Positions 16,117 through 26,020 of a DNA stretch of 47,009 nt are shown here, piece by piece. The position numbers and the translations under genes were made by a program. The number at the start of each line of letters is the position of its first letter. Position 1 is the first letter of the stretch. The stretch spans positions 1 to 47,009 of the forward strand of contig JBIOTN010000078.1 of assembly GCA_044866005.1 (NCBI GenBank). The letters are read 5' to 3'. The stretch is from Candidatus Rokuibacteriota bacterium. Its GTDB lineage: Bacteria > Methylomirabilota > Methylomirabilia > Rokubacteriales > DASRDR01. Below the pieces are notes generated by a model. It ran no database searches, had not been told where the DNA came from, and was given only the letters and a program-made list of their open reading frames with translations.

Positions 16117-16988
16117 TAATTCCGGCACGTGACCCCCATCCGGCAGCAGGTGGCGCAAATCGGGTGGGCGAGCGGGACCGGCTGCAGGGCGTCGGCCAGC
16201 CGATCGGTCCCCACCCGGGCGGTCGGCAGCCCGGCGAGGATGGGACACGCATAGATGCCGCCGGCAGCGACGGCCCGGCTCTCCGTGCACGGCAGGCGGC
16301 TCCAGTCGAAGCCCTCGAGGTCGGCCGCGGTGAGGCGCTCCGGCTCGGTCCGGCCCGCCGCCCGCCCGAAGGGGAGCAGCGGGAGGATCTTGATCCGCGG
16401 CCGATCCAGGCCGGCGGCGAGGAGCGCCGACCGCAGGCGCTCGTAGAGGCCGCCCTCTCCGGTCACGTCGGTGGCCGTCACGATCGGGTAGAGGCCGCGC
16501 GCGCTGAGCAGCCTGGCGGCCCGGAGCGCCTTGTCGAAGGCGCCCCGGCCGCGAATCCGGTCGTTCGCCTCGGCGGTGGGCGCATCGACGCTGATCCGGA
16601 CCTCCAGCGAATAGGTCGAGGCGGCGGCGAGCCCGGCCAGGCGGTCGGCCATCCGGGCGTCCACGAGGGTGCCATTCGTCAGCACCGTGGTCGGCGCCAC
16701 CGTCAGGCTGGCAGCGAGAAGCGGCACGATCTCGGGATGAAGGAACGGTTCCCCGCCGGTCAAATACACCTCCCGGACGCCGAGCGCGGCGGCCTCGGCC
16801 AGATACCGCCGCACGACGTCGGCGTCGAGCGCCGCGAGCCAGGGATCGCGGGGACCGCTCGTGTTGAAGCAGTGCCGGCAGGCCAGGTTGCAGAGCGTCC
16901 CCGTGATCTGAAACCAGACGGCCTGCAGCTCGCCGAACCGCGCCAGCGGTGGAGACTCGAGCGCGGCGTGCCCAGGGTCGCGCGTCAT
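16113..16988 (-). CDS. Radical SAM protein with Cys-rich C-terminus
   Basis: CNLACRHC, LTGGEPF, LTNGT; C-terminal C..ACP..CATCC..TC. Confidence 0.9.
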   Translation of the reverse strand: MTRDPGHAALESPPLARFGELQAVWFQITGTLCNLACRHCFNTSGPRDPWLAALDADVVRRYLAEAAALGVREVYLTGGEPFLHPEIVPLLAASLTVAPTTVLTNGTLVDARMADRLAGLAAASTYSLEVRISVDAPTAEANDRIRGRGAFDKALRAARLLSARGLYPIVTATDVTGEGGLYERLRSALLAAGLDRPRIKILPLLPFGRAAGRTEPERLTAADLEGFDWSRLPCTESRAVAAGGIYACPILAGLPTARVGTDRLADALQPVPLAHPICATCCRMGVTCRNY

Positions 16989-17083
16989 CCCTGCCACCCG
17001 GATCCCGGGCCCGTGCGAACGATGTGCCGGGTCGGAGAGGACGGCGGGCCCTGGGCGGCGCCTCTACCAGGACCGGCGGTCCC

Positions 17084-17734
17084 ATGACGCGACTCGGCGC
17101 GCTCGCGGTGGCCCTCGCCATGGGGGCCGTCCTGGGACCTCTCGTCGCCGAGCGCCGGCGACCGCTCCGCCCGCGCGTCGAGCCCCCGTGGCCCCACACC
17201 GGGCGGAACCTCGCCGTGGCCGGCCTCGGCGCGCTCGCGAGCGCTCTGACCGAATGGGCGGCGGGGCAACCGATCGCCCGCTGGGGCGCCGGGCGCGGGG
17301 TCGGATTGCTCGCGCGGCTGCCGCTCCCGGGCCGGGTGGCGAGCCTCGTCGGCGTCTTGCTGCTCGATTACACCCTCTGGCTGTGGCACCGCTGGAATCA
17401 CCGGGTCCCCGTCCTCTGGCAGTTTCACGTCGTGCATCACGTCGACCGTGACCTCGACGCCTCGACCGGTCTCCGGTTCCACTTCGGTGAGCTCGTCGTG
17501 AGCACCGCCGTCCGGGCCGGCCAGGTCCTGCTCCTCGGCGTCGACCACGACACCTTCCGCGCCTATCAGAGCGTGCTGCTCCTCTCGGTGCTGTTTCACC
17601 ACAGCAATGTCCGGCTTCCGCTGGACCTCGAGCGCCGGCTGGTCCCGGTCGTCGTGACCCCGCGGATGCATGGCATCCACCATTCCATCGTCGAGCGCGA
17701 GACCGACAGCACCTTCTCGAGCCTGCTCACCTGA
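17084..17734 (+). CDS. Sterol desaturase/fatty acid hydroxylase family protein, apparently C-terminally truncated
   Basis: His boxes HRWNH, HVVHH, FHHSN and HGIHHS. Stops at FSSLLT, before the usual WDxxxGT segment. Confidence 0.8.
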   Translation: MTRLGALAVALAMGAVLGPLVAERRRPLRPRVEPPWPHTGRNLAVAGLGALASALTEWAAGQPIARWGAGRGVGLLARLPLPGRVASLVGVLLLDYTLWLWHRWNHRVPVLWQFHVVHHVDRDLDASTGLRFHFGELVVSTAVRAGQVLLLGVDHDTFRAYQSVLLLSVLFHHSNVRLPLDLERRLVPVVVTPRMHGIHHSIVERETDSTFSSLLT

Positions 17735-17916
17735 GACCTCATCGCCCGGCCCTCGGCCGTCACGCCCTCGACCCCGCGCGGGCCATCCTGAAGAACCGCG
17801 GCGCCGCGCGGGATTGATGCCCTTCGGCATGCGATTTGCTGCGAGAACGCGGCGGCCACTCCTGATCGCCGTTTTTGGCTCCGTGCCCGAGCGGAGCGCG
17901 ACGCGGCTCTCGCGGA

Positions 17917-18963
17917 ATGGCACCGGAGCAGGGCAGGAACCGCTTGAATGCTGAAGTGGTCGTCATCACGGGTGCGTCGGCCGGCGTCGGCCGCGCCACC
18001 GCCCGAGAGTTCGCGCGCCAGGGCGCGCGCCTGGGCCTGATCGCGCGCGGCCGCGACCGCCTGGAGAGCACCCGCCGCGAGGTGGAGCAGCTCGGAGGGG
18101 AAGCGCTGGCGCTGCCCGGTGACGTCGCGGACGCGGCGCGCGTCGAGGAGGCGGCCGGAGAGGTGGAAGCGCGGTTCGGGCCCATCGACGTGTGGGTCAA
18201 CAACGCCATGGCCTCGGTCTTCTCCCCCGTCAAGGAGATGAAGGTCGAGGAGTACCGGCGAGTCACGGACGTGACGTACCTGGGAGTGGTCCACGGAACG
18301 CTCGCCGCGCTGCAGCGCATGCGGCCTCGCGACCGCGGCGTGATCGTCCAGGTCGGCTCCGCCCTCGCCTACCGGGCCATCCCGCTCCAGTCCGCCTACT
18401 GCGCGGCCAAGCACGCGGTCGCGGGCTTCACGGAGTCGTTGCGCACCGAGCTTCTGCACGACGGCAGCCATGTCCGAATCACGATGGTCCAGCTCCCTGC
18501 CCTCAACACCCCCCAGTTCGACTGGGTCAAGAGCCGACTGCCGCGCCGGCCCCAACCGGTGCCTCCGGTCTTCCAGCCCGAGGTGGCCGCGCGCGCGATC
18601 GTGTGGGCAGCCCGTCACCGGCGGCGCGAGCTGTGGGTGGGCTGGCCCACGGTCAAGGCCATTCTGGCCGACAAGGTCGCGGCCGGGTACGCCGATCGGT
18701 ACCTGGCCGAGACGGGCTACGACGCTCAGCAAACGGACGAGCCCGCCGATCCCGATCGCCCGCATAACCTCTGGCATCCGTTGCCCGCCGACTACGGCGC
18801 CCACGGGCGCTTCGATGACCGGGCCCGAGGCGGGAGCATCCAGCTGTGGGTGACCATGTACCGGAGCTGGATGGCCGTGCTGGGCGTCGCTACGGCCGCC
18901 TTCGCCATGGCCGCCCTGGCGCGTAGCGACCGCGGTGGCGGCAAGCCCCGGCATGCGGGCTGA
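17917..18963 (+). CDS. Short-chain dehydrogenase/reductase
   Basis: TGASAGVG, VNNA, S...YCAAK. Confidence 0.92.
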   Translation: MAPEQGRNRLNAEVVVITGASAGVGRATAREFARQGARLGLIARGRDRLESTRREVEQLGGEALALPGDVADAARVEEAAGEVEARFGPIDVWVNNAMASVFSPVKEMKVEEYRRVTDVTYLGVVHGTLAALQRMRPRDRGVIVQVGSALAYRAIPLQSAYCAAKHAVAGFTESLRTELLHDGSHVRITMVQLPALNTPQFDWVKSRLPRRPQPVPPVFQPEVAARAIVWAARHRRRELWVGWPTVKAILADKVAAGYADRYLAETGYDAQQTDEPADPDRPHNLWHPLPADYGAHGRFDDRARGGSIQLWVTMYRSWMAVLGVATAAFAMAALARSDRGGGKPRHAG

Positions 18964-19008
18964 CCTCGGCTGGAGACGGTCCCGGCCCGCAACCGTTCTG
19001 ACCGCTCC

Positions 19009-21327
19009 ATGATCGCGCAGCGCGACGACTACCTCGTCCGCATCCGCCCCCGACCCGACGTCCGCCTGGTCACTCAGGGGCGAACCGTGCTGACGACCGA
19101 TCCCGACGGCTTCTTCGATCGAGGCGCCGAGCGCGGGCTGTTCGTGCACCAGACCCGCATGCTATCCCGCTATCGCTGGCGCATCGATGGAGAACCCCCG
19201 CAGCCGATCGCCCTGTCGAACGTCGCCCAGCACTCGTGGATGGGCTACTACGCCTGCCTGCCTCCGGGCCACAGGCCGGGACGGGCGGATCCGGGGAGCG
19301 GGCACGTGGAGGAGGCCTCGGAGCACACGCTCGAGCTGCGCCTGTCCCGCTACGTCGGCGGTGGCCTGCACGAGGACGTGGACCTGAGCAACTTCAGCCA
19401 GCGACCCACCACGTTCATCCTCCAGCTCGACCTGGACGCCGACTTCGCCGACCTGGAGGAGACGCGGGGCGAGCGACAGCAGCACGGCCGGCTCGAGCGG
19501 GCGTGGCGGGAGGTTGACGGCGACTGGGAGCTATCCTTCGACTACCGGGCCGAGCACCGGCCCGCGGCACCGGGACAGCGCGGCGTGCGGTGCATCGATC
19601 GCGGGCTCCGCATCCACGTCCGCCACGCCGACTCGCCGCCGGCCTACGAGGATGGCCGTATCGCGTTCCGGCTGGAGCTGGCACCGCACGGCACCTGGCA
19701 CGCCTGTCTTGACTACGTGCCCAGAATCGAGGACCGTCCGCTGCTGCCCCTCTACGGCTGCCGCTCCTTTGCCTCCACCGAGAACGCTCACGACCGCTCA
19801 CGCAAGCTCTTCCTGGCCGATTCCACGTCGTTCGCCACACGGGAGAGCGAGACGCTAGCCCCGGTCGTCATCGGAGCCGTCGAGCAGGCGAAGCGGGACC
19901 TGGCGAGCTTGCGTCTGCACGACCTCGACGAGGGCGAGCGCGAGTGGACGATGGCCGCCGGCGTGCCGATGTACGCGGCCCTCTTTGGCCGGGACACGCT
20001 CACGGCCGCCTGGCAGGCCGCGATCCTCGGCCCCGAGATGATGCAAGGGACGCTCGAGGTGCTGGCTCGGTTTCAGGGTCGGCGGGTCGACGACTGGCGG
20101 GATGAACAGCCCGGCCGGATGCTCCACGAGGCGCACACCGGGCCGCTCGCCGCCCTCGATTTCCACCCCCGCCGCCGCTACTACGGCTCGGTCACCACGT
20201 CCGGCTTCTACGCGGTCGTCGTCTCGGAGCTGTGGCACTGGACCGGCGATCCCGGGCTCGTTCGGCCGTTCGTCCGGCCCGCCCTGGATGCCCTCGCCTG
20301 GCTCGACCGGCAATCGGACCGGGACGGCGACGCTTTCTACGACTACCTGACCCGGTCGCCCCAGGGCGTGGCCAACCAGGGCTGGAAGGATTCGGCCGAC
20401 GCCATCGTGGACGAGGACGGGACGCTCGTGAAGCCGCCCATCGCCACCTGCGAGGAGCAGGGCTTCGTGTACGTCGCCAAGCTGCATCTCTCCGAGGTCC
20501 TGTGGTGGCTCGGGGAGAAGGATGAGGCGAAGCGGCTCTATCGCCAGGCGGGCGAGCTCAAGCAGCGGTTCAACGACGTCTTCTGGCTGGAGGACGAGGG
20601 CTTCTTCGCCATGGGGCTGGACCCCGATGGCCGGCCCATCCGGTCAGTCGGCTCGAACCCGGGCCACTGCCTGGCGACGGGGATCGTCGACACGGATCTG
20701 GCCGAGCGGACGGCACGGCGCCTGCTGGCGGAGGACCTCTTCAGCGGGTGGGGCGTGAGGACGCTGTCGGCGCACCACCCGGCCTATAACCCGTACAGCT
20801 ACCACCGCGGCTCCGTCTGGCCGGTCGAGCACGGCAGCTTCGCGCTGGGGTTGCTGCGCTACGGGCTCCACGGGGACCTCGAGCGGCTGTGCCGAGGCAT
20901 GTTCGAGGCCACGCGGCTCTTCGACTTCTACCGGCTGCCGGAGGTGTTCAGCGGACACGCGCGCGACGCCGACCATCCCTTTCCGGCGCTCTACCCGCAG
21001 ACCAACTCGCCGCAGGCGTGGTCGGCCTCCACCGTGTTTGGCCTGCTTCAGGCGATGCTGGGCCTGTACCCTTATGCCCCGCTCAACGTGCTGCTGCTCG
21101 ACCCCCACTTGCCGTCCTGGCTGCCGGAGATCACGCTACGCAGCCTCCGGGTGGGTGGGGCGGTGCTCACGCTCCGGTTTTACCGGGACGGCGAGCGCAG
21201 CGGCTACCAGATACTCGACCAACGGGGACGGCTCCACGTTATCCGGCAGCCCAGCCCCTGGTCTCTGACCGCAAGCTTCGCCGAACGCGCGAAGGATCTC
21301 CTGACCAGCCTGCTACCAGGGAACTGA
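19009..21327 (+). CDS. Amylo-alpha-1,6-glucosidase / glycogen-debranching-like protein
   Basis: AAGVPMYAALFGRDTL, EQPGRMLHE, NQGWKDS, WGVRTLS, YNPYSYHRGSVWP, RLPEVFSG, PQAWS. Confidence 0.9.
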   Translation: MIAQRDDYLVRIRPRPDVRLVTQGRTVLTTDPDGFFDRGAERGLFVHQTRMLSRYRWRIDGEPPQPIALSNVAQHSWMGYYACLPPGHRPGRADPGSGHVEEASEHTLELRLSRYVGGGLHEDVDLSNFSQRPTTFILQLDLDADFADLEETRGERQQHGRLERAWREVDGDWELSFDYRAEHRPAAPGQRGVRCIDRGLRIHVRHADSPPAYEDGRIAFRLELAPHGTWHACLDYVPRIEDRPLLPLYGCRSFASTENAHDRSRKLFLADSTSFATRESETLAPVVIGAVEQAKRDLASLRLHDLDEGEREWTMAAGVPMYAALFGRDTLTAAWQAAILGPEMMQGTLEVLARFQGRRVDDWRDEQPGRMLHEAHTGPLAALDFHPRRRYYGSVTTSGFYAVVVSELWHWTGDPGLVRPFVRPALDALAWLDRQSDRDGDAFYDYLTRSPQGVANQGWKDSADAIVDEDGTLVKPPIATCEEQGFVYVAKLHLSEVLWWLGEKDEAKRLYRQAGELKQRFNDVFWLEDEGFFAMGLDPDGRPIRSVGSNPGHCLATGIVDTDLAERTARRLLAEDLFSGWGVRTLSAHHPAYNPYSYHRGSVWPVEHGSFALGLLRYGLHGDLERLCRGMFEATRLFDFYRLPEVFSGHARDADHPFPALYPQTNSPQAWSASTVFGLLQAMLGLYPYAPLNVLLLDPHLPSWLPEITLRSLRVGGAVLTLRFYRDGERSGYQILDQRGRLHVIRQPSPWSLTASFAERAKDLLTSLLPGN

Positions 21328-21405
21328 GCAGAGCCGGTGCGCAGCCAACCATGACTCTGGGCACGCCGCGGAACCCGGCAGGGCCGACCGTCGGCGGTCC
21401 GCCAG

Positions 21406-22356
21406 CTAGTGCGCGACGCTGCGGCTGGTGGGCCCGCGGGCCCGGAGCCGCTTGTGACGGACGTTCCCCGGCGGCTCGCCGAAGCCGAACTTGAGCAACC
21501 GGCCCGCGTCCAGGAACGAGAGAACCCGGGTGTCGGCCCCGAGGATGATGCAGAGCAGGGCGTGGCCGGCGCGCCCGGCGGCGACCGCCAGGTTGTAGCC
21601 CGCCTCGAGCGTGTAGCCGGTCTTCAACGCCGTCACGCCGCCCGGATCCCGGAAGAGGGGGATCCGCCGCTGGTACACCCGCCCGCCCCAGTGGAACTGT
21701 GTCTGACCGAGGACGTCCCGGCTCTCGGGAAACTCCCGGAGGAGGTGCTGGGCGAGCATCGCCATGTCGCGCGCGGTGGTGTGCTGCCGCGGGTCCGGCA
21801 GCCCGTGCGGGTTCGCGAAGACGGTGTGGGCGAGCCCCATCGCGTCGCCCTCGGCGTTCATCCGCGACACGAACCCTTCCTCGGAGCCGCCGAGGTGCTC
21901 GGCCACGGCGGTCGCCGCGTCGTTGGCCGACGCGACGGCGACCCCCGCCAGGAGGATCTCGAACGGCACCACCTGCCCCGCGCGCAGGCTCATCCGATAC
22001 CGCGCCGTGCGGACGGCGTTCTCGCTGATCGTCACCCGGTCGCTCAGCCGGACCTTGCTCGACCGGAGATCCTCGTAGGCGAGGTACAGGGTCATGAGCT
22101 TGACCAGGCTGGCGGGCGCGCGGTCGCCTTCGGCGTTCTTGGCCCAGAGCACCTCGCCGGTGGCGAGGTCGATCAGGACGCCGGCCTCGGCGGTCACCGC
22201 CGGCGGCACCACGGCCGCGTCCACGCCGGCGGCCGCCACGGCGCCGAGCAGCAGGCAGGCGAGGAGGGCCCCGGCGACGACGAGGCCGCGGGCCCCGCGC
22301 CTCCGCCGAGGCGCCCGAGCGGGAGCGGCGGCGCCGCCCGGGTCAGCGCAGGGCAT
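21406..22356 (-). CDS. D-alanyl-D-alanine carboxypeptidase (peptidase S11)
   Basis: PASLVKLMT (SxxK), SANDAA (SxN), NPHGL, KTGYT. Start uncertain. Confidence 0.9.
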   Translation of the reverse strand: MPCADPGGAAAPARAPRRRRGARGLVVAGALLACLLLGAVAAAGVDAAVVPPAVTAEAGVLIDLATGEVLWAKNAEGDRAPASLVKLMTLYLAYEDLRSSKVRLSDRVTISENAVRTARYRMSLRAGQVVPFEILLAGVAVASANDAATAVAEHLGGSEEGFVSRMNAEGDAMGLAHTVFANPHGLPDPRQHTTARDMAMLAQHLLREFPESRDVLGQTQFHWGGRVYQRRIPLFRDPGGVTALKTGYTLEAGYNLAVAAGRAGHALLCIILGADTRVLSFLDAGRLLKFGFGEPPGNVRHKRLRARGPTSRSVAH

Positions 22357-22615
22357 TCTTGAGGGTGCGCGAGGGGCGGAAGCGCGGGACTTTCATCGCG
22401 GCGATCGTGATGAGCTGGCCGGTCCTCGGGTTCCGGGCCTTGCGCGTCTTGCGGCGGCTCACGACGAACGTCCCGAACCCGACGAGCGTCACCGCCTCGC
22501 CCCGCCGAAGGCTGCCCCGAATGCTCGCGAGACAGCCCTGAAGGGCCTTCTCGGCCGCGGCCTTCGTCACGCCGGACGCGTCGGCCATCTTGGCGACAAG
22601 GTCAGCCTTCGTCAT
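22343..22615 (-). CDS. hup: HU-family DNA-binding protein
   Basis: MTKADLV...VTLVGFGTF...ARNPRTG...PRFRP, 90 aa, GGAGG RBS. Confidence 0.93.
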   Translation of the reverse strand: MTKADLVAKMADASGVTKAAAEKALQGCLASIRGSLRRGEAVTLVGFGTFVVSRRKTRKARNPRTGQLITIAAMKVPRFRPSRTLKNALR

Positions 22616-22753
22616 CGAGGTACATCCTCCCTGGATCCTCCGCTGAGTGGCCGCGAACGGCGGCCGCGCCCGACCAGCCGCGAGGTGGCCGCACTCTAAC
22701 AAAGTCCGCGACGAGGCGTCAAGGATGCGGCGGGCTGTGCTAAGGTGAGGGCC

Positions 22754-23599
22754 ATGTCGCGCTCCCGCCCGCGCGCCCTCGTCGCGCTCGCGCTCGCCGC
22801 CCTCCTGCTCGTCGCCCTCGTCCCGGCGACCGCCCACGCCGACGCCGAAGATCCGCCGGTCCCGATCGTCACGCTCGACGCGCTCCCGCTGGGCGTGGCG
22901 CCCGATGGGCTCCCGCCGGCCGCCCGCGCGCGGGCGGAGTCGGTGCTGGGCCGCAGCATCTTCGCGCAGCGCGTGGCCGGCATCCGCTACCGGAGCCGGG
23001 AAGCGGTCTTCCGCTTCCTCCTCGACCACCCCGACTTCGCCTCGACCGTCGCGCGCGCGCTCCGACTCGGCGAGTACCGCGTCGTCATGCTGGACGAGGG
23101 CGTGTACTGGGGGGACGACGCCCGCGGCGCGACGGGGCTCATCCGCGTCCTGTACGCGGACGATCACCGGCGGCTCTATCATCTCGAGGGGCGCTACGAG
23201 CGGCGGCTCATGCCCACGATCGCCGGACAGATCCTGCTGCTGCTCGAGTTCGACCACGCGCCGGACGAGCTCGGCGGCACCGCCGTCGAGTCGAGCCTCA
23301 CCGGCCACGTTCGCATCGACACCCCCCTCGTCGGCGCGGTCGCCCAGGCGGTCACCGCGCTCTCCCGGTCGCTCGTCGAGCAGGCGGTCGAGCGGAAGGT
23401 CCGGCGCTTCTTCGGCACGGTGGCGCGGCTCAGCCGCTGGGCCCACGACGAGCCCGAGAAGGTGGCCACGGCGCTCGACGGGCATCCCGACATCCCGGCC
23501 GGGCCGGCCCTTCAGGCCTTCCGGGCGCTCCTGCTGGCAGGCCGACCGCCGGTCTGGGTCCAGACGCGGTTCCGACTCTTGCCGGGCACGGAGCCGTGA
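22754..23599 (+). CDS. Exported hypothetical protein
   Basis: Signal peptide ending AHA; GC3-biased codon usage. Confidence 0.72.
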   Translation: MSRSRPRALVALALAALLLVALVPATAHADAEDPPVPIVTLDALPLGVAPDGLPPAARARAESVLGRSIFAQRVAGIRYRSREAVFRFLLDHPDFASTVARALRLGEYRVVMLDEGVYWGDDARGATGLIRVLYADDHRRLYHLEGRYERRLMPTIAGQILLLLEFDHAPDELGGTAVESSLTGHVRIDTPLVGAVAQAVTALSRSLVEQAVERKVRRFFGTVARLSRWAHDEPEKVATALDGHPDIPAGPALQAFRALLLAGRPPVWVQTRFRLLPGTEP

Positions 23600-23602
23600 G
23601 CC

Positions 23603-23803
23603 GTGTCGCCGGCGATCGTGATCGGCGCCGTGCTGATCGCGGCCGCGGTGGCGGTGGGCGCGACGCTCTGGTACGCCTGGCGGCGATGGCTACAGCTCTG
23701 TCCCCACTGCAGCTGGATCGTCCGGCGCGTCCAGCGCGGCTGGCTCCGGTGCCCCCGGTGCCACCGGCAATACGCGCGCCGGGCCCGCCTCCGCCCCCAC
23801 TGA
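23603..23803 (+). CDS. Small membrane-anchored zinc-ribbon protein
   Basis: TM helix followed by CPHC and CPRC. Confidence 0.62.
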   Translation: MSPAIVIGAVLIAAAVAVGATLWYAWRRWLQLCPHCSWIVRRVQRGWLRCPRCHRQYARRARLRPH

Positions 23804-23810
23804 CAGTTTC

Positions 23811-23980
23811 TTCGGGGGGGTCTCGGAAGCCCCCCCGAGGCCCCCCCTCGGTTGCGGCGGCGAAAGCCGCCGCTCGGAAGGCTCCATAGCCCGGCCAAGC
23901 CTGAGAGACTTCGGAGAGGCCTCGAGGGCCCCTCCGATTCCTCCCCCTCGGTGGCGCCGGCGAAGCCGGCGCTCGGAGCG
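23811..23980 (+). repeat. Two tandem copies of a REP-like palindromic element
   Basis: TTCGGRGRGG...CCCCYCCGA...CCCCCTCGGTKGCGSCGGCGAA(A)GCCGSCGCTCGGA occurs twice between convergent genes. Confidence 0.75.
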
Positions 23981-24037
23981 CGTCGACCCTGGCGTGCGAC
24001 GCGGCTGCGTGGAGGGCGTCGTCGTGCCGGCGAGCGA

Positions 24038-24568
24038 CTAGAACCCGAGCGCGCCGCGGGCCTCGTCCATCACGGCGTCCGTGACCGTGGCGTAGCCCCG
24101 GTCGCGCGCGAAGCGCTCGATCGCCTCCCGCGCCACGGGCCGGATGAACGCGGGGATACGCTCCACGCGCGCCGCGGCCTCCGGCGTCCATGCCGGGCCC
24201 CCCGGGCCGGGCGCGTCCCCGTAGCCCGGGATCATCGCGGCGAAGGGGCAGCCGGGCCCCTCCCGCGCCTCCCCGACGCGCGCGGCGGTGGCCGCCGCGC
24301 CGGCCTCGCGCCCCGGCTCCTCGAACGCCGACTCGCGCTGGTGGGCGAGGTTGGCCCGCACCTCGGCGTAGGGGGGCGGCTCGGCCGCGCGCCCGCCGAC
24401 CTTCACGCCGAGCGTGCGGACGAGCTGGGTCTCCCAGGGGTTCGTCAGCATGGCGACCCGATGGCCGCAGCTCGGACAGCCGAAGGTGACGGTGAGCGAG
24501 CCCTCGTCGGGGCCCGCCGTCCCGGTGAGCCTCATCGCCGTGTCACACGCGATGCAGAGGAACTTCAT
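24038..24568 (-). CDS. Protein with N-terminal CxxC...CxxC module and C-terminal PCP_red-like domain
   Basis: CIAC, CPSC, GCPF, and WTPEAAARVERIPAFIRPVAREAIERFARDRG..VT..VMDEAR. Confidence 0.8.
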   Translation of the reverse strand: MKFLCIACDTAMRLTGTAGPDEGSLTVTFGCPSCGHRVAMLTNPWETQLVRTLGVKVGGRAAEPPPYAEVRANLAHQRESAFEEPGREAGAAATAARVGEAREGPGCPFAAMIPGYGDAPGPGGPAWTPEAAARVERIPAFIRPVAREAIERFARDRGYATVTDAVMDEARGALGF

Positions 24569-24609
24569 CGGGCGCGCTCCTTCCGGGGAGTGTCTGGCCT
24601 CATTCTAGC

Positions 24610-25245
24610 TCACTTCGCGCCGCCGTCGTCCGGGCCGGCGCCGGGCGGGCCCCCGATCCGGCGCGGGCTGGCGGTGCCGCCCGAGAGGATGACGCGGATT
24701 CCCTCCTCGATGGACAGCCCGGTCGGGAAGACCGCGGCGGCCGGGACCAGCACGATGTCGCCGAGGTAGAGGTGGTTGGTCGGCACGTAGACCGTCACCA
24801 GCGCCTCCGGCTTGACGCCCGGCAGCCGCACGTCGCGGGTCCGGAAGCCGTACGCATAGAAGCCCTCGCGCGGGTGCTCCACGATGACGAACTCGCGGAA
24901 GCCGCTGCGGCGCTGCGGCGAGAAGGCCTCCACCAGCTCCTTGACCGCGGGATAGACCCGGCGGAAGACCGGCAGGAGGAGCAACAGGCGCTCGCCCCAC
25001 ATGAGGACGCGGCGCCCGACCACGTTGGTGGCGATGAGCCCGACCAGGAAGATGATGACGAAGGCGGTGAAGAAGCCGAGGCCCGGCACCTGGCGGCCCA
25101 GAATCCGCTCGTAGACCGGCGAGAGAACGCCGTCGACCTCCCGGTAAAAAATCCAGAGGACGTATGCGGTCAGGACCACCGGGACGGTGACGAAGAAGCC
25201 GGCGATGAATCGGACCTTGAACCAGGACTGGACCTTGCCCGCCAT
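24610..25245 (-). CDS. DUF502 family membrane protein
   Basis: FIAGFFVTVP, PGLG, PVFRRVY..VKELVE, VEHPREG, VYVPT, SIEEGIRVILSGG. Confidence 0.88.
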   Translation of the reverse strand: MAGKVQSWFKVRFIAGFFVTVPVVLTAYVLWIFYREVDGVLSPVYERILGRQVPGLGFFTAFVIIFLVGLIATNVVGRRVLMWGERLLLLLPVFRRVYPAVKELVEAFSPQRRSGFREFVIVEHPREGFYAYGFRTRDVRLPGVKPEALVTVYVPTNHLYLGDIVLVPAAAVFPTGLSIEEGIRVILSGGTASPRRIGGPPGAGPDDGGAK

Positions 25246-25399
25246 CGGCGCGCCTCCCGTGGCTACGGATGAGACCACAGGGGCGAGGTCGCGTCAAGGC
25301 AAGGCAGGCGTTCCGCACCGGGAGTCTCGCGGCGTTCGTGTGGCCCGCAACCGGTACTGGGTTTGCACGAGGCCTCCGGCGGTGGAAAGGAGAGATCCC

Positions 25400-25906
25400 A
25401 TGTGGAGACGCGTGATCCAAACGTGGGAGGACCGCGCGATGCTGGTGCTGCGCCTCGCGCTGGGCGTCGTGATGTTCGCCCACGGAGCGCAGAAGGGCCT
25501 CGGGTGGTTCGGCGGGGAAGGGCTCGCCGCGACCGTCACGGGCATGGAGCAGCAAGGGCTGCCGGTCCCGGTCGCGCTCCTGGTCGTCGCCGCCGAGCTG
25601 CTCGGCTCTCTGGGGCTGATTCTCGGGCTCCTCGGCCGCCTCGCGGCCGCCGGCATCGGGCTCGTGATGCTCGGCGCCATCTTCCTGGTCCACCTGCCGA
25701 ACGGGCTGTTCATGAACTGGACCGGGCAGCAGCCGGGCGAGGGGTTCGAGTACCACGTCCTGGCCCTGGCCATGGTGGTCGCCGTCATGGTTCGCGGCAG
25801 CGGCGCCCTGTCCGTGGACCTCGCCCTCTCGCGGAGCGCCGATGCGACGCCGCCGCTCGACGCCCGGGCGCGGCTCTCGCGGGTGAAGGGGCAGCGGGCC
25901 GCGTAG
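25400..25906 (+). CDS. DoxX family protein
   Basis: AAAGGAG RBS; LRLALGVVMFAHGAQK, GLFMNW...GEGFEYH, GSGALSVD. Confidence 0.9.
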   Translation: MWRRVIQTWEDRAMLVLRLALGVVMFAHGAQKGLGWFGGEGLAATVTGMEQQGLPVPVALLVVAAELLGSLGLILGLLGRLAAAGIGLVMLGAIFLVHLPNGLFMNWTGQQPGEGFEYHVLALAMVVAVMVRGSGALSVDLALSRSADATPPLDARARLSRVKGQRAA

Positions 25907-26020
25907 CGCCCTGAGCGGATCCGGGCACGCGGCGGCTTGAGGCGCCTCCCCGCCGCGTGCTAGGCTCGCCATGATGCGCGCGCGCGGGCCCGGGCGCGCG
26001 CGGACCCGGAGGTGCCTCCC

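Noticed and set aside
17732..17734. Desaturase TGA as a seventh Sec codon
   Set aside because: No Cys is expected at this position. The read-through sequence (DLIARPSAV...) does not resemble the family, and the nearby small hairpin has no G in its loop.
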